DNA of 63,093 nt, the filler included, from Octopus bimaculoides (Eukaryota), in NCBI RefSeq assembly GCF_001194135.2. It is 7 parts of 7 records of this genome, joined end to end, with 100 filler letters (N's around TTAATTAATTAA, not from the genome) between each part and the next. Parts side by side here need not be neighbours in the genome. Positions count along the whole stretch, not along the records: positions 42,382 to 52,149 come from NC_068998.1; positions 52,250 to 58,640 come from NC_069001.1; positions 58,741 to 63,093 come from NC_068982.1; 4 more parts are not named here. One strand, written 5' to 3'. The notes beneath the pieces are model-generated. The model saw only the letters and a list, made by a program, of their open reading frames with translations. It had not been told where the DNA came from and ran no database searches. A program made the translations under genes and the position numbers. Positions 49,917-62,913 of the stretch are shown here, in pieces. Each line of letters begins with the position of its first letter. Position 1 is the first letter of the stretch.

Positions 49917-51480
49917 TTCAAATTTTTTTTATATAGGTTTTGTTTCAAGTATCCCAATACTGAGTTCATGAAAACTGGAGCCAATCACATCCCCATAGCT
50001 GTGCCTTAAATTAGGAGGTGGGTTTTTTCCATGGAAAAAGAATGTATTGTTTTCGAGGATAAGGCTGACCACATCTAGTATGAAGGTTACAGTAAATTTA
50101 CTGGGGATCACTTCTCTATGTTTCTCAATCCAATATTTTATGGCAGTAATTCCCAAATCATGTGGAATATTCATATATAAGTTTGTTACATCAAAACTAA
50201 CAGTGAATTGGATTCTGTTGTTTTGGGCAGATGTGACAGGAAATTGATCTCATCCTGAATGAAACTGGATATGTGACTATATAGTGGTTTTAGAGTAATG
50301 TCAATGAGGTTGCTCAGTTTTTGTGAACTTGGTATTGGGATACTTGGAACAAAATCTATATGAAAAAATTTAAGAGAACTACAGTATGACCTTTAGAAGA
50401 CATATAGAGGACATGTGGAAAAGATACCTCAATAATTGTTTCCTAATTTGGACCAAATCCCTAGAAAATCTGGAAGAATTCAGCACCCTCTTCAACAATC
50501 TAGACTCTAGTCTCAAATTCACAAGAGAAATGAAAAACACACAATTACCATTTATTGACATAATGGTAATTAAAAACAACACCACAATCACAACTTATAT
50601 TTATTACAAAAGCACAGATACACACCAGTACCTAAATTTCAAATTATGCCATCCAACACACACAAAACAAAACATCCCATACTGTCTACCAAGGAAAATT
50701 TGTGCTACAGTAGATGATCCAAGTACCAGGAACGTACGATTTATAGAATTCAAAGGATTTCTTCTCAAGTAAAATTACCCTCTCCTACTTATAGAAAATA
50801 GCATACAAGTAAAAGAGATACCTATAGAACAGCTTAGGGCAACACGACAAAGACGAATCCATCAACAGAACACAATACCATTTCTAGTAACGCACAATCC
50901 GCATCACTAAAACATTTTTAACATCATCAAAACAAATTTACCAATCATGAAACAAAGTGAAAAATTTTAAAAACTAATAACTAAACAAACATCTTAAGCA
51001 AAAGGCAACAACATAACCTAAAGAAACTATTAACAAAGGCAAAATTCAACATGAACAAACAGGATAAAACATTCACAGTATTCTAGTGTGGAATGTGTTA
51101 ATACATGCATACTGGTAGATCTATTAGAACAAAGAAATGGACAGATTTCCACAAATGTAGATATGAACAACTAAAGTAGAAATTTGATTTACTGCATTAA
51201 ATGCTCTAATTGTGAAGAATTATATATTGGTGAGACAGGAAATGCATTATTGGAACACTCATGTGTTCACAGACAACAAATCCAGAACACTAATGTTTGC
51301 CAAATTCCATTGAAAGAACATATAGAAACATGTGGTCAGAAAATGTTTCTAATTTTTACTTTCCACAAACTACATGATGCAAGTGAGATTGGAAGAAAGA
51401 TAAAAGAAAAACATTTTATTAAAATATTCAAACCTGTTCTGAACAGAAATAACAACACTAATATAACAACCAGTTAATGA
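49917..51480. mobile_element. Penelope-like element with inverted 5' part: minus-strand RT N-half (about 49917-50323), plus-strand RT C-half and GIY-YIG (about 50320-51480)
   Basis: Minus strand: LSNLIDITLKP..IQDEINFLSHLP..SFDVTNLYMNIPH..ILENNTF. Plus strand: VLGYLEQNLY..WKRYLNNCF..LPFIDI..YYKSTDTHQYL..CHP; IYCIKC..C..LYIGETG. Confidence 0.88.
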
Positions 51481-52398
51481 TGTGGATTAAAAAATATCTT
51501 TAACATATGAATATAAACAAATTACAGAAGACTCCCACCAACTGAAATAAAAACGATTGAAACCAACTAAGTTTGTTAACTCATAAAACCATTACATGTA
51601 AACTGCAAGCTAATTGGTTAAAATAAAGGTGTGATCTATGCCAATAATATCGGTACGGCAAACTGTGACATTTAAGTTGCAATGCAGATTGGTCAAAACT
51701 GTATTTGAAAAATTCAGTTTGTTGGAGCCCTCTAAGAGGTATAAAAAAAGAAGTCAGTCAAATAAATTTTGACTGACACACACACACACACGCGATAGCT
51801 ATGTATATCCCCCCGTACTCACGCTCATGCGTGCGTGTATGTATATACATATGTATGCGCGCAGCCACACATCTCTTAATTCTATAGCCACAACAGTAAC
51901 AATGAGGATAAATACATTCTCATCTATACATATCCAGATACACATTATGTCCCCTCATATATACCCATACTTATTCATACATACACAACTGTGTGGCCAA
52001 CTATCATTACATCCGTATGTACACAACTACATACCTACCTACATACTCACCTATACATATACACATACATAAATACACACACACACACACACACACAAAT
52101 AGATGTACACACACGCACACATACTTATACATGCATACACACACATATANNNNNNNNNNNNNNNNNNNNNNNNNNNNNNNNNNNNNNNNNNNNTTAATTA
52201 ATTAANNNNNNNNNNNNNNNNNNNNNNNNNNNNNNNNNNNNNNNNNNNNCACCATCATACCATCACATACCCCGCAAAAAAAACAAAAAAACACCCGTTG
52301 CCGCCACCGCAGAATAAGAGGAGATAGCCAGACGCCGAAGGCAAGCAGCAGTAATTGCTTCCGCTGACGGCGTTTCGGTCCACAGTGACTTGCCTACC

Positions 52399-52440
<42 letters not shown>

Positions 52441-54336
52441 CTCCGGTAGATATGAGAAAGAGAGAGAGAGAGAGACAAACAGACAGAGAAGAGGGGGAGG
52501 AGTGAGAAGAAGAAAGACAAGAACTACACACACATAAAAGTTACGATCAAAGATAAACAGTACACGTGTACCGATATAAATACAAAATAAATAAATGTAA
52601 TATATAAAATGATAATTGGATCTCCGTCGGTTTCGATGATGAGCATTCCAGATGTCGGGGCGACCGAACTACCCAACACACTGAATTAGTTATCGTGCGA
52701 ATGGCTGGGTATCTCACGGGTACAAGGCACTTGTACCCTTAGCGACTTATTCTTCAGGCAGAATCAAAGTTATTCTTCCAATTTACAGAGTTCAGCGAAG
52801 AAAACAGGAATCAGTACAGTTTCCGTCAAACCAGTTTCGCTGAAAAGGGTTTTGGACGGTCAACGAGAAGCTACAGTAGAAGTCCCATGTCCAAAAGACC
52901 ATGCAGGGCAAACGTGCGCAGGGACCCAGGAAATAGTGACTTCGAAGCGGCGCTTTTTTTCTTTCTTTTTTTTTTTAAACCAAATGGCCAAACGTTTGCG
53001 TGTATGATATATGTCTTTTATCTTTTACTTCTTGCGGTCATTGGACTACGGTCATGCTGGGGCATCGCCTCGAAGGAATTAGTTGACCAAATCGACTCCA
53101 GTACTTTGTTAATTTTTAAGCCTAGTACTTACTCTTTCGGTCTCTTTTCGTCTAACCGCTAAGTTACGGGGACGTAACCAAACTGACAGTGTCATGCAGT
53201 GATGGGGAACAAACACAAATTTATATATGCGACAGGCTTCTTTCACTTTCTGTCTACCATATCCATTCACAAGACTTTAGTCGACTCTAGGCTATAGTAG
53301 AAGACACTTGCCCAAGGTGCCACGCAGTGGGGCTGAACCCGAAACCATGTGGCTGTAAAGCAAAGCTTCTTAACCACGCAGCTAGGCATGGCTACTGTGT
53401 GGTTAAGAAGTTCGCTTGGTGACTATGTGGTTTCCATTTCAGTGACCATTGCGCGGCACCTTGAGCAAGTGTCTTCTACTATAGTCCTGGTCCCGACTAA
53501 CGCCTTATGAGTTAATTTGGTAGGTGTGGAAGCCCATCGAAAAATATGTTTTTGTGTGTACCCACACAGCCACACTACCTACAGCATGTGACTACCTTCC
53601 ACCAATACTAACGTATCTCTAATACACAGCATGTCTACACTGTCACATCACACAACTTGTTTGTACTTACATTACCTCTTAACATATGTCCATATGCCAC
53701 ACATTGCCTACACTACAATTACTACAGAGCATATCCACATTATCTCACACCACGCATCCATCTGCTGACACACCAAAGAAACATCGCTACAATGTTACCC
53801 CACACGAGTGTGCCAATGTCACACGGCAAAATCAATGTCTGCAAACTTGGCCTCAAGTTGAGCGGAAACGTAATGTATCGCATTTACAGTTCAGAGCTGT
53901 AGGTCAACGGAACACGCACAATCAGATCAAGAACTCGCCGTCAGAGGTTTGTAGGAGCAGAGCTAAGGTTACGCAACGTCACACAGACACTCACACACAT
54001 ATGCAAGTGTCGTGTGTGTATATATATGTATATGTGCATGCATATATGTATAATTTGCATACACTACGGTGTGTTATCATTCGCGAGCGAGTACGGCTGC
54101 GTAACACGTACGTTTTCGTTGTTTTAGATACCTCTATGTGCGTTGTTTTAAGCTATCTATTCATGTGTGTGTGCGTAAGCAAAGTTTGAAGCGCCGAGTG
54201 AGTTGGTATTTTAGAGAAAATAAAGGAAGAGTAGCTGTAAAAACAGCTTAGAGGATCGGATACACACACACATTAATAATAATCAGAAGAAGGGAGATTT
54301 TATTAAGCAGTTATTTACAGCATTCTTTCGTGGACC

Positions 54337-54522
54337 TACGTACGTTTCAGCTGCAACGACTGCACACTGTTGGATGTGCATTCTGGTGTTAATGTCGGTA
54401 GAGTATCATCAGGGACACTTCTTACTGGCTGTCGACTTCTCTTTCACAGATCTCTCTATGCCGTTTTTTTTTCTTCTGTTTTTCGTTTTTCTGATGAAGG
54501 ACTATCATATGAAACGTTAAGG
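54337..54522. ncRNA. Divergent pair of degenerate hammerhead-like cores (minus 54337-54418, plus 54486-54522)
   Basis: Minus: CUGAUGA..long stem II..GAAAC-GUAC-GUA. Plus: CUGAUGA-aggacuaucauau-GAAAC-GUU. Stems are partly decayed. Confidence 0.45.
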
Positions 54523-56183
54523 CACTTTCTATTAAATGCTTTATTTATGAAACTTTGTTTCGCGTTCTCCAGTTTAATGTCCGCTATATTTATAACAACA
54601 ACAACACATTCACTATGATTAAATGTGAAAGAAAACTAGCACTCAATACATGGCATAAGGTTTATATTTATTGGGAATATGTTGATTAAACTCCATTATT
54701 GTATTTTGCCACACGTAAGGTATTCGTGCAAACGCTCAGACAATTCATGGTAAATGAAGCTGTATTCATAGTCATGGTGAGTCACATGACCGGATATAGG
54801 TGGCAGGATGAAAGGTATTGCTGAAAGGATAACATATGGTGTAAAGGAGAATAATCAATCAAGACCTGCGTCCATGAAAAAGCAACACAGTGGCGCTCGT
54901 TCGATCTGATAGATATGGATGTCAGTCGAAATGCTTTACAAGGAACTTCACCACTAGCTGAATACCTGTGGCTGTTGTAATATCTAAAACTCTTCCGTGA
55001 GACGAAACCTGCTGTTTCATGATCCACTGAAGTATGGAGTTGCTACATTGACAATGCCCCGCGTTATTGGAGAGCATCAAGAAGCTTGATCTTTCAGTTT
55101 TCGGATAAACAAAGGCGGGGGTTTCGAGAGCGTTGAGAGTCCTTAAGTTCCCAGATGAATTGGGACAGGGCTGTGGAGTTTACCAGAGAAATACGCATAA
55201 CAGGGATATAAAATCTTACCTGCTTCCTGACCTAATTACACACGAACGCGCGCGCGCACGCAAAGATTACTCAAACACAGGACATAAGGTGTATGACTGG
55301 AAATATAATTACATACACGCACGCACACGCATGCGCTGACACAAGCGGATGAGGTTTATCATACACACACACACACACACACACATGTATTACTGAAAGG
55401 ATAGGTAAAGATAATTGCTATAACTATGGAGAGGAGAGGAGNNNNNNNNNNNNNNNNNNNNNNNNNNNNNNNNNNNNNNNNNNNNNNNNNNNNNNNNNNN
55501 NNNNNNNNNNNNNNNNNNNNNNNNNNNNNNNNNNNNNNNNNNNNNNNNNNNNNNNNNNNNNNNNNNNNNNNNNNNNNNNNNNNNNNNNNNNNNNNNNNNN
55601 NNNNNNNNNNNNNNNNNNNNNNNNNNNNNNNNNNNNNNNNNNNNNNNNNNNNNNNNNNNNNNNNNNNNNNNNNNNNNNNNNNNNNNNNNNNNNNNNNNNN
55701 NNNNNNNNNNNNNNNNNNNNNNNNNNNNNNNNNNNNNNNNNNNNNNNNNNNNNNNNNNNNNNNNNNNNNNNNNNNNNNNNNNNNNNNNNNNNNNNNNNNN
55801 NNNNNNNNNNNNNNNNNNNNNNNNNNNNNNNNNNNNNNNNNNNNNNNNNNNNNNNNNNNNNNNNNNNNNNNNNNNNNNNNNNNNNNNNNNNNNNNNNNNN
55901 NNNNNNNNNNNNNNNNNNNNNNNNNNNNNNNNNNNNNNNNNNNNNNNNNNNNNNNNNNNNNNNNNGAATACTCTGCCATGTTGTACTTAACATCAAAATC
56001 AAGACGTACTCCTGAAATTCAAAGGAACAGTCCCCCCCCCATTCCCAGCCCCATTCTCTCCCTTTCCCAACGTGAAGACAGCTCTAGTGATCGGACAAAC
56101 GGAAAGGAGTAATCGTTAATCGAAATCGATAAAGAGTCAATCATGCTTCTCTCTCCACAACATGCTTTATATATATATATATC

Positions 56184-56233
<50 letters not shown>

Positions 56234-56849
56234 TAAAGAGAGAGAGAGAAAGAGAGAGAGAGAGATAAAGAGAGAGAGAGAAAGAGAGAAAAAAAAGAGA
56301 GAGAGAGAGCAGGCATATATGTGTGGTTACGAAGCCTGCCTTCGAACCACATGGTTTCAGGTTCGGTCCAACTGCGTGACATCTTGGAGCAATGTCTTCT
56401 ATTATAGCCTCGGGCCGACCAAATCCTTGTGAGTGGATTTGGTAGACGGAAACTCAAATCGGTTTCTTACTATCGATTCAACGATTATGTAACCCTGCGC
56501 TCTTCAGAGATGGCAGTTACGGAAGAAAATATGGTGACTGTTCTCTACTGTTGGAGGTGAAATGACGCATCCGGTTTGTGGTTGCTGCATGTACAACGGG
56601 CTTCCACAGGGTGAGTGAAGGATTACAAGGGTGGAAGTGTATGTGTGTGCTTGTTTGTAGATGTGTGTGTGAGAGAGTGACAGCAAAAAGACGGATGTAG
56701 ATAGAGAGATAGAGGGTGGGAGAGAAAGATAAATGGATAGGTAGATAGGTGAGAGGTGAAAGGAAATACTAAAGAACAAAGAGAGGGGAAGACGAGTTAG
56801 AAGAGAGAAGAGAAGGAAGAGAGAATAGTAAATAGAGGGAAGGAGACGA

Positions 56850-56898
<49 letters not shown>

Positions 56899-57906
56899 TG
56901 ATAAGCACTACAGACAAGAGAGGGGGGGGAGATAGAGTAAAAGTGAAAGAATAAGAAAGAGAGAGGGCGGAATGAGAAAATAGAGGAGTTAGGGAGGGAG
57001 AGGAGGATAGTGAGAACGAAGGCAGAGAGAGGAAGGGGAGAGTGAGGGAAGGTGAAAAATATAGAGAAAACAGANNNNNNNNNNNNNNNNNNNNNNNNNN
57101 NNNNNNNNNNNNNNNNNNNNNNNNNNNNNNNNNNNNNNNNNNNNNNNNNNNNNNNNNNNNNNNNNNNNNNNNNNNNNNNNNNNNNNNNNNNNNNNNNNNN
57201 NNNNNNNNNNNNNNNNNNNNNNNNNNNNNNNNNNNNNNNNNNNNNNNNNNNNNNNNNNNNNNNNNNNNNNNNNNNNNNNNNNNNNNNNNNNNNNNNNNNN
57301 NNNNNNNNNNNNNNNNNNNNNNNNNNNNNNNNNNNNNNNNNNNNNNNNNNNNNNNNNNNNNNNNNNNNNNNNNNNNNNNNNNNNNNNNNNNNNNNNNNNN
57401 NNNNNNNNNNNNNNNNNNNNNNNNNNNNNNNNNNNNNNNNNNNNNNNNNNNNNNNNNNNNNNNNNNNNNNNNNNNNNNNNNNNNNNNNNNNNNNNNNNNN
57501 NNNNNNNNNNNNNNNNNNNNNNNNNNNNNNNNNNNNNNNNNNNNNNNNNNNNNNNNNNNNNNNNNNNNNNNNNNNNNNNNNNNNNNNNNNNNNNNNNNNN
57601 NNNNNNNNNNNNNNNNNNNNNNNNNNNNNNNNNNNNNNNNNNNNNNNNNNNNNNNNNNNNNNNNNNNNNNNNNNNNNNNNNNNNNNNNNNNNNNNNNNNN
57701 NNNNNAGATAAGTCGATTATATCGACCCTAGTGTTTCACTGGTACTTAATTTATTGACCCAGAAAGGATAAAAGGTAAAGACAACCTCGGTGGAATTTGA
57801 ACTCAGATCGTAGCGACGGGCGAAATACCGCTAAGCATTTCGTCCTGCGCACTAACACTTCTGCCAGCTCGCCGCCTTAATAAAGAAAATAATAATAATA
57901 ATAATA

Positions 57907-58187
57907 AGTCGAGAGATATGAGAGGTTAAGCAGTTGCAGTCGATGAAAAAGGTGGTAGTAGTACCAGTAATTGTCGGAGCCCTGGGAAGAGTGAGTAAAA
58001 ATCTTGAGAAGTACATGGAACAAATAGAGGATGCAATAAGGGTGGAGCACTTGCAGAAAACAGCACTGCTTGGAACCGCTCGAATACTCTGGAAGGTGCT
58101 CGAAAAATAAGAGGTGTTACCTTAGTTCACTGGTAGTGAACAGCTGACACTGTAGTACATCTCCAGCGTTAGAAGCTGTGCAAAGAC
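57907..58187 (+). mobile_element. 3' end of an R4/Dong-type LINE flanked by TAA repeats
   Basis: KKVVVVPVIVGALG..EHLQKTALLGTARILWKVLEK* (stop 58108-58110), short 3' UTR, (TAA)n-like sequence on both sides. Confidence 0.85.
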
Positions 58188-58740
58188 AATGATAATGATA
58201 ATAATATAACTGTTTCAAATTTTGGCAGAAAGCCAACAATTTTATGGGGAGGTGGGGATGAGTAGCTTACATCGACCCCAGTACTCAACTGGTACTTATT
58301 TCATCGACCCCGAAAGGCTGAGAGGTAAACTCAAGCTCAGCGGCATTTGAACTCAGAACGTAATACGGAAAGAAATGTAAAACATTTTGTCAACAGGCAT
58401 GAAATTAAACAATGAGGTATAATTAAGGGCGTTTGAAGAAAATTGGGGACGGTCGGTATGGACAAGGATTTAGTCTCTAGGAGAAAATAAAGACAGAATG
58501 AAAGGAAAAAATAAATGGAAGCAGGAAGGACAAAAAAAAAAATGGAAGGAAAAGAGAAAGAAAAGCGTTCGATAGTTTCGTTTTCCGCCACAGAGACCCT
58601 GTAACATTAGCTTGTGTATCCACTCACCTTCCATCTCCACNNNNNNNNNNNNNNNNNNNNNNNNNNNNNNNNNNNNNNNNNNNNTTAATTAATTAANNNN
58701 NNNNNNNNNNNNNNNNNNNNNNNNNNNNNNNNNNNNNNNN

Positions 58741-58785
<45 letters not shown>

Positions 58786-60275
58786 TATACATCAATATAT
58801 CTTTATATTTATAAAAATCTATGTCTATATTTTTCTGTCTATTTAACATCAGACAGAATCCAAGATGATATGATAGAATGTATCATGCTCTCACAAATTG
58901 TATTAGGCGCCTTTGCAGACGTGAGCAGACATTGACACCCTTACCTCAGCAGAACATTCAGAATGTGATACACGGATGATGAGGTAGTTACCTCAGCACT
59001 AAGCTGCTACTCGTTTCAGCTTTGTAGACTGGAGCAATGTGAACTGAAACGCTTGTTGAAGCACACAACGTGCCGTCCAGTCTGGAAGTCGAATCTGTGA
59101 CCTAATGATTATGAAACCGAAAGCTAACTTCAAGGTTACACGTCTACAGACACCCACACAAATACGAGTACTTGAGAGATAGATAAGATATATTGAAAGA
59201 TAGATAGAATAACTAAAAAATTAAAGAATGACAAACATACTGAGAAAAATCAGAGAAGGCAGAGAAACTAAAAGAGTGAAAGAGAAAAGAGAGAAATATA
59301 TATAAAAAGTGAAAATAACAAACTGTAGAGGAAATAGATGGGTGAGCGGGATGAGGAACTGATGGAAATAATTTTGGTAGGAAGTCTGTAATAATGAACA
59401 GAATATGAGAAAGACAGAAGAAGCATTGGTATAAGAATTAAGAACAAAAATAGACTTATATACATATTTCTTAATTTAAAATTAATATTAGTCTCTAATA
59501 TGAATTAGATTCCAATGCAAAATATGCCAAAACGCATTGCATAATTTCCAGTGCGATTTGGTTTGGGTATGTTGCAAAATCATGCAGTTATCTTTGATGC
59601 CATAGAAAGCTTGCCAAGAATTGATGCTATCAATTCCTTTTATCAAAATCTTAAAACAAAAAAAGACTCCATTGCTTTTCCTTGATACACTGCTGATATA
59701 GTAGAATACTTCTTTACCACTTTGTTTTTGATTTCTCTTCTCCTTTCCTACCTCTCTACTTCCATTCACCATCTTTTTGCCAATCACACATCCATGCATA
59801 CGTACACATTCTTCATCCATTTCGGGCATTTGTCATTTTACTCTATTTTTGTTTCAGTGTTTTTTGTTTTAAAAGTTTTGAAACCCTGTAATACTCATTT
59901 GCACATACTTCATACGCTACATTCAACCACTGTACGAGCGTTCCTGTGATTTTTTTTTTTTACCTTGTCTTGAAAAAACGAAAATGAGTATACTTATTCC
60001 ACGCAGAGGTTTATCGAAAATTCTCTTGGATGTGCATATGTTTAGGCAATATATAGCAATATATATATTGCTGATAGATAATGCTTTTCTATAAGAAACA
60101 ACGAACCGCCATTGAGTTCTTGATGAAGGGGAATGAAGGCTGTTCTACATACACAGGAGGCTTAAGTGTTTTAACGTAGATAAGGTCACTGACAAAAACA
60201 ATGACTAGTAATAATAACAACAACAATATTGCTATGCTATTAATTCTATCATTAACTTTGCTGCTGCTGCTGCTG

Positions 60276-60334
<59 letters not shown>

Positions 60335-60817
60335 GTTGTTGTTGTTGTTCACTGTCGAAGCTTGATATGTTTTGAAAGCTCTCAGTTTGTGTTCAGATTT
60401 GTTTTTCCTTAGAGGGTCGCTGTTACTGATTTTATTGTATTACACTATTATCAAGTTGACCAGAAGTATCAGGAAATCTTGAACCTTTTTTCTTGTTATT
60501 TGTCTTACAGAGCAACATTTTAACAGAAACAAAGCAAGGAAAAATATTTTCAAAATGGCTTCGTCTTCACCGACTGGCTAGCAAGATGGGAACATTGTGA
60601 AGTTACTTTCAAGGTGCAGTTATCGTTTGTAATCACTAACCATAATAGCAGCAGCATATGTAGCAACAACGACAGTAAAAAACAACAGCAACATCTGTAA
60701 CAACGTTATTTCTTCCGGCATTTTGCATTCTGACTTAAAATCCTGTTGGGGTCAATTTCGTTTATCCTCACACTGAGATCGATAAAATAAATTATCAGTC
60801 AAGAGCTGGGATCATTT

Positions 60818-60819
60818 TT

Positions 60820-60862
<43 letters not shown>

Positions 60863-61012
60863 AACTACTGCTGCTGCTGCTGCTGCTGCTGCCGCTGCTG
60901 CTGCCGCTGCTGCTGCCGCTGCTGCTGCCGCTGCTGCTGCCGCTGCTGCTGCCGCTGCTGCTGCCGCTGCTGCTGCCGCTGCTGCTGCCGCTGTTGCTGC
61001 CGCTGTTATTGT
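60818..61012. repeat. Compound trinucleotide microsatellite (CTA)n(CTG)n with 12-bp higher-order unit GCTGCTGCTGCC
   Basis: Direct inspection. Confidence 0.92.
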
Positions 61013-61267
61013 TATTCTTAATATCAGTGTTAAGCGGGGAAGTGACACCGTCAAAATGCGCATCGGAAAATTGCTTAGCAGCTCTTCTTACAGCTCTTTA
61101 CGTCCTAAGTTCAACTCTCGTCGAAGTCGAGTTTGCCTTTTATCCTTTCGGATAAAAATAACATAGAATTTGAACGCTGGAGTCAACGTGATCCGCCTCT
61201 CCTCTCTCTCGAAATTGCTGGCCTTGAAGTAAACAAAGAAAATAAAGGGGGAAAAAGGAGAGAAAAT

Positions 61268-61875
61268 TCACAGCGACAATGCTTTTCTCAGTAAGTATGA
61301 CGTACTAGATAAGACAATCTTTTACACTTCTTGCATGGATGGTAAGCCAGGTATCATTCTTAAATAGCTTTCAGTTCCTTTTTGATCACTCCAAGTGCTC
61401 CTACAATCACTAGTATTGTAACCGTCTTGAGTTGCTACATCTTTTCGATTTCGGTTACCAAATATTTATATTTTCTGAGCTGATCAAATTCTTTTACCGA
61501 GATATTATGGTCACAGGGTATGCCCAAGTCAACAGGCTTTATTGATTTGATCTTTCACGGCAATATCTAGTTTATTTTCTTTGCTGGTCCGGTCTGCACA
61601 TTCCGGAAAGTCCCGAAGAATCGTTACATTTTCTCCCTCAGTTACAACCTCAAGGTGGTGCTTGCACCATTTGTCAGCTGTTTTGATTTTATAATGCCGA
61701 CACATTATCCGATATAGATATTGGTCAACTCTGTGATGTCTTGATTTGTACTCTACAGGTGCTAAAACCTTAGACCCAGAGATTAGGTGGTCCACTGTTT
61801 CAATCCAATCGTTGCAGTATCGGCACTTTGGGTCTACACCATTTTTCATCACATTGGCTTGATAGTTCCAGTAGT
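61268..61875 (-). mobile_element. R4/Dong-type LINE C-terminal fragment (CCHC finger plus RLE), decayed
   Basis: DPKCRYCNDWIETVDHLISG..RH..; KLDIAVKD; VIVGALGVIKK; ends LLRKALSL*. Confidence 0.85.
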
Positions 61876-62280
61876 TGTTCCTCTTCGATTACTATTGCAA
61901 ACAGCAGTAGCTTTCTTTAACTGAATACACGTCGTTGATTGGCTAAAATTATCCAAATACAACTTTAATACGAAAGTACGAAATTTTGTGAAAAATGTTC
62001 AAAGAAAACCGTGTTCTGCGTGAAAAATTCTACCAGTATACGAAATTTCAAACTGTATAGTTAAAAAAAAAAAAATTAATTAGAAAATCCGTGCGCCAAA
62101 CTGAACAGATCCGTCACGGAAAATAGAAAGGTAAAATTTTCATAGAAAATTGTAGATATTAAAGTTTTAAAATTTTCTAAAGATGATCGTTAGTATGTCC
62201 GATCAGAGAAAACTGTAGTGTTCTTGAAAATAAAAATAAAAAATGAAAATTGAAGTATTATTATTATTATTATTATTATT

Positions 62281-62720
62281 GAGTGAGAGAGCAGTGCATG
62301 CCATCAAAGAAACACTGGGGTAAAATTTACGAAACTCAGTATATCCATCATGGCTACCTGTCTGATAACCATTTGTGCACGACATGGTGATCTCATATCA
62401 GGATAAACGGCGCATGACCTTGCAGGTGGGGTGCAGTTAGAATTTTCTTCAGTCTGAGTAGCCCATCCCGATCAAAAGGTTCCCGAAGAAGGGTTGTTTA
62501 AGGATGTTGAACGAAACATCCTCGCTTCCAAAGGGGAATTATCCAAACCCAATGAAATTCCTCTCAACACACGGCTATGATGCTCCTCCACTACTTCTGC
62601 TCATGATCAGACATGCACATACCGTCATGCTCAACTGGTTAAGGTCAAACAATTGACAAGCAAATCTATGATATTGAGCAGAATATTTGCTGTAGCCCAT
62701 CTTTTATACCAATAAAAAAG
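62281..62720 (-). mobile_element. (TAA)n-tailed interspersed repeat; second copy at about 43000-43230
   Basis: Both copies start (TTA)n-TTGAGTG.GAGAG..CATGCCATCAAAG..CACTGGGGTA..CATGACCTTG.AGGTGGG..AGAATTTTCTTCAG..GAGTAGCCCATCC. Confidence 0.75.
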
Positions 62721-62785
62721 AATGTACATGATAACACTTCCATTCAGTGGAAGTGTTACCACTGCCTGGTACTGCATCAGGGCAT

Positions 62786-62843
62786 TCTTCTTCTTCTTCT
62801 TCTTCTTCTTCTTCTTCTTCTTCTTCTTCTTCTTCTTCTTCTT

Positions 62844-62912
<69 letters not shown>

Positions 62913-62913
62913 T
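62786..62913. repeat. Compound (TTC)n(TTA)n microsatellite
   Basis: Direct inspection. Confidence 0.95.

Noticed and set aside
54895-54985. LIDMDVSRNALQGTSP, resembling one plant-type LRR unit
   Set aside because: Single unit, followed by a stop, with no splice context; consistent with chance.
60812-61063. Poly-Ala/poly-Val, poly-Ser, poly-Arg and YI/HT/CV-repeat ORFs here and throughout, plus ORFs spanning N runs
   Set aside because: Translations of microsatellites or gaps with no coding evidence.
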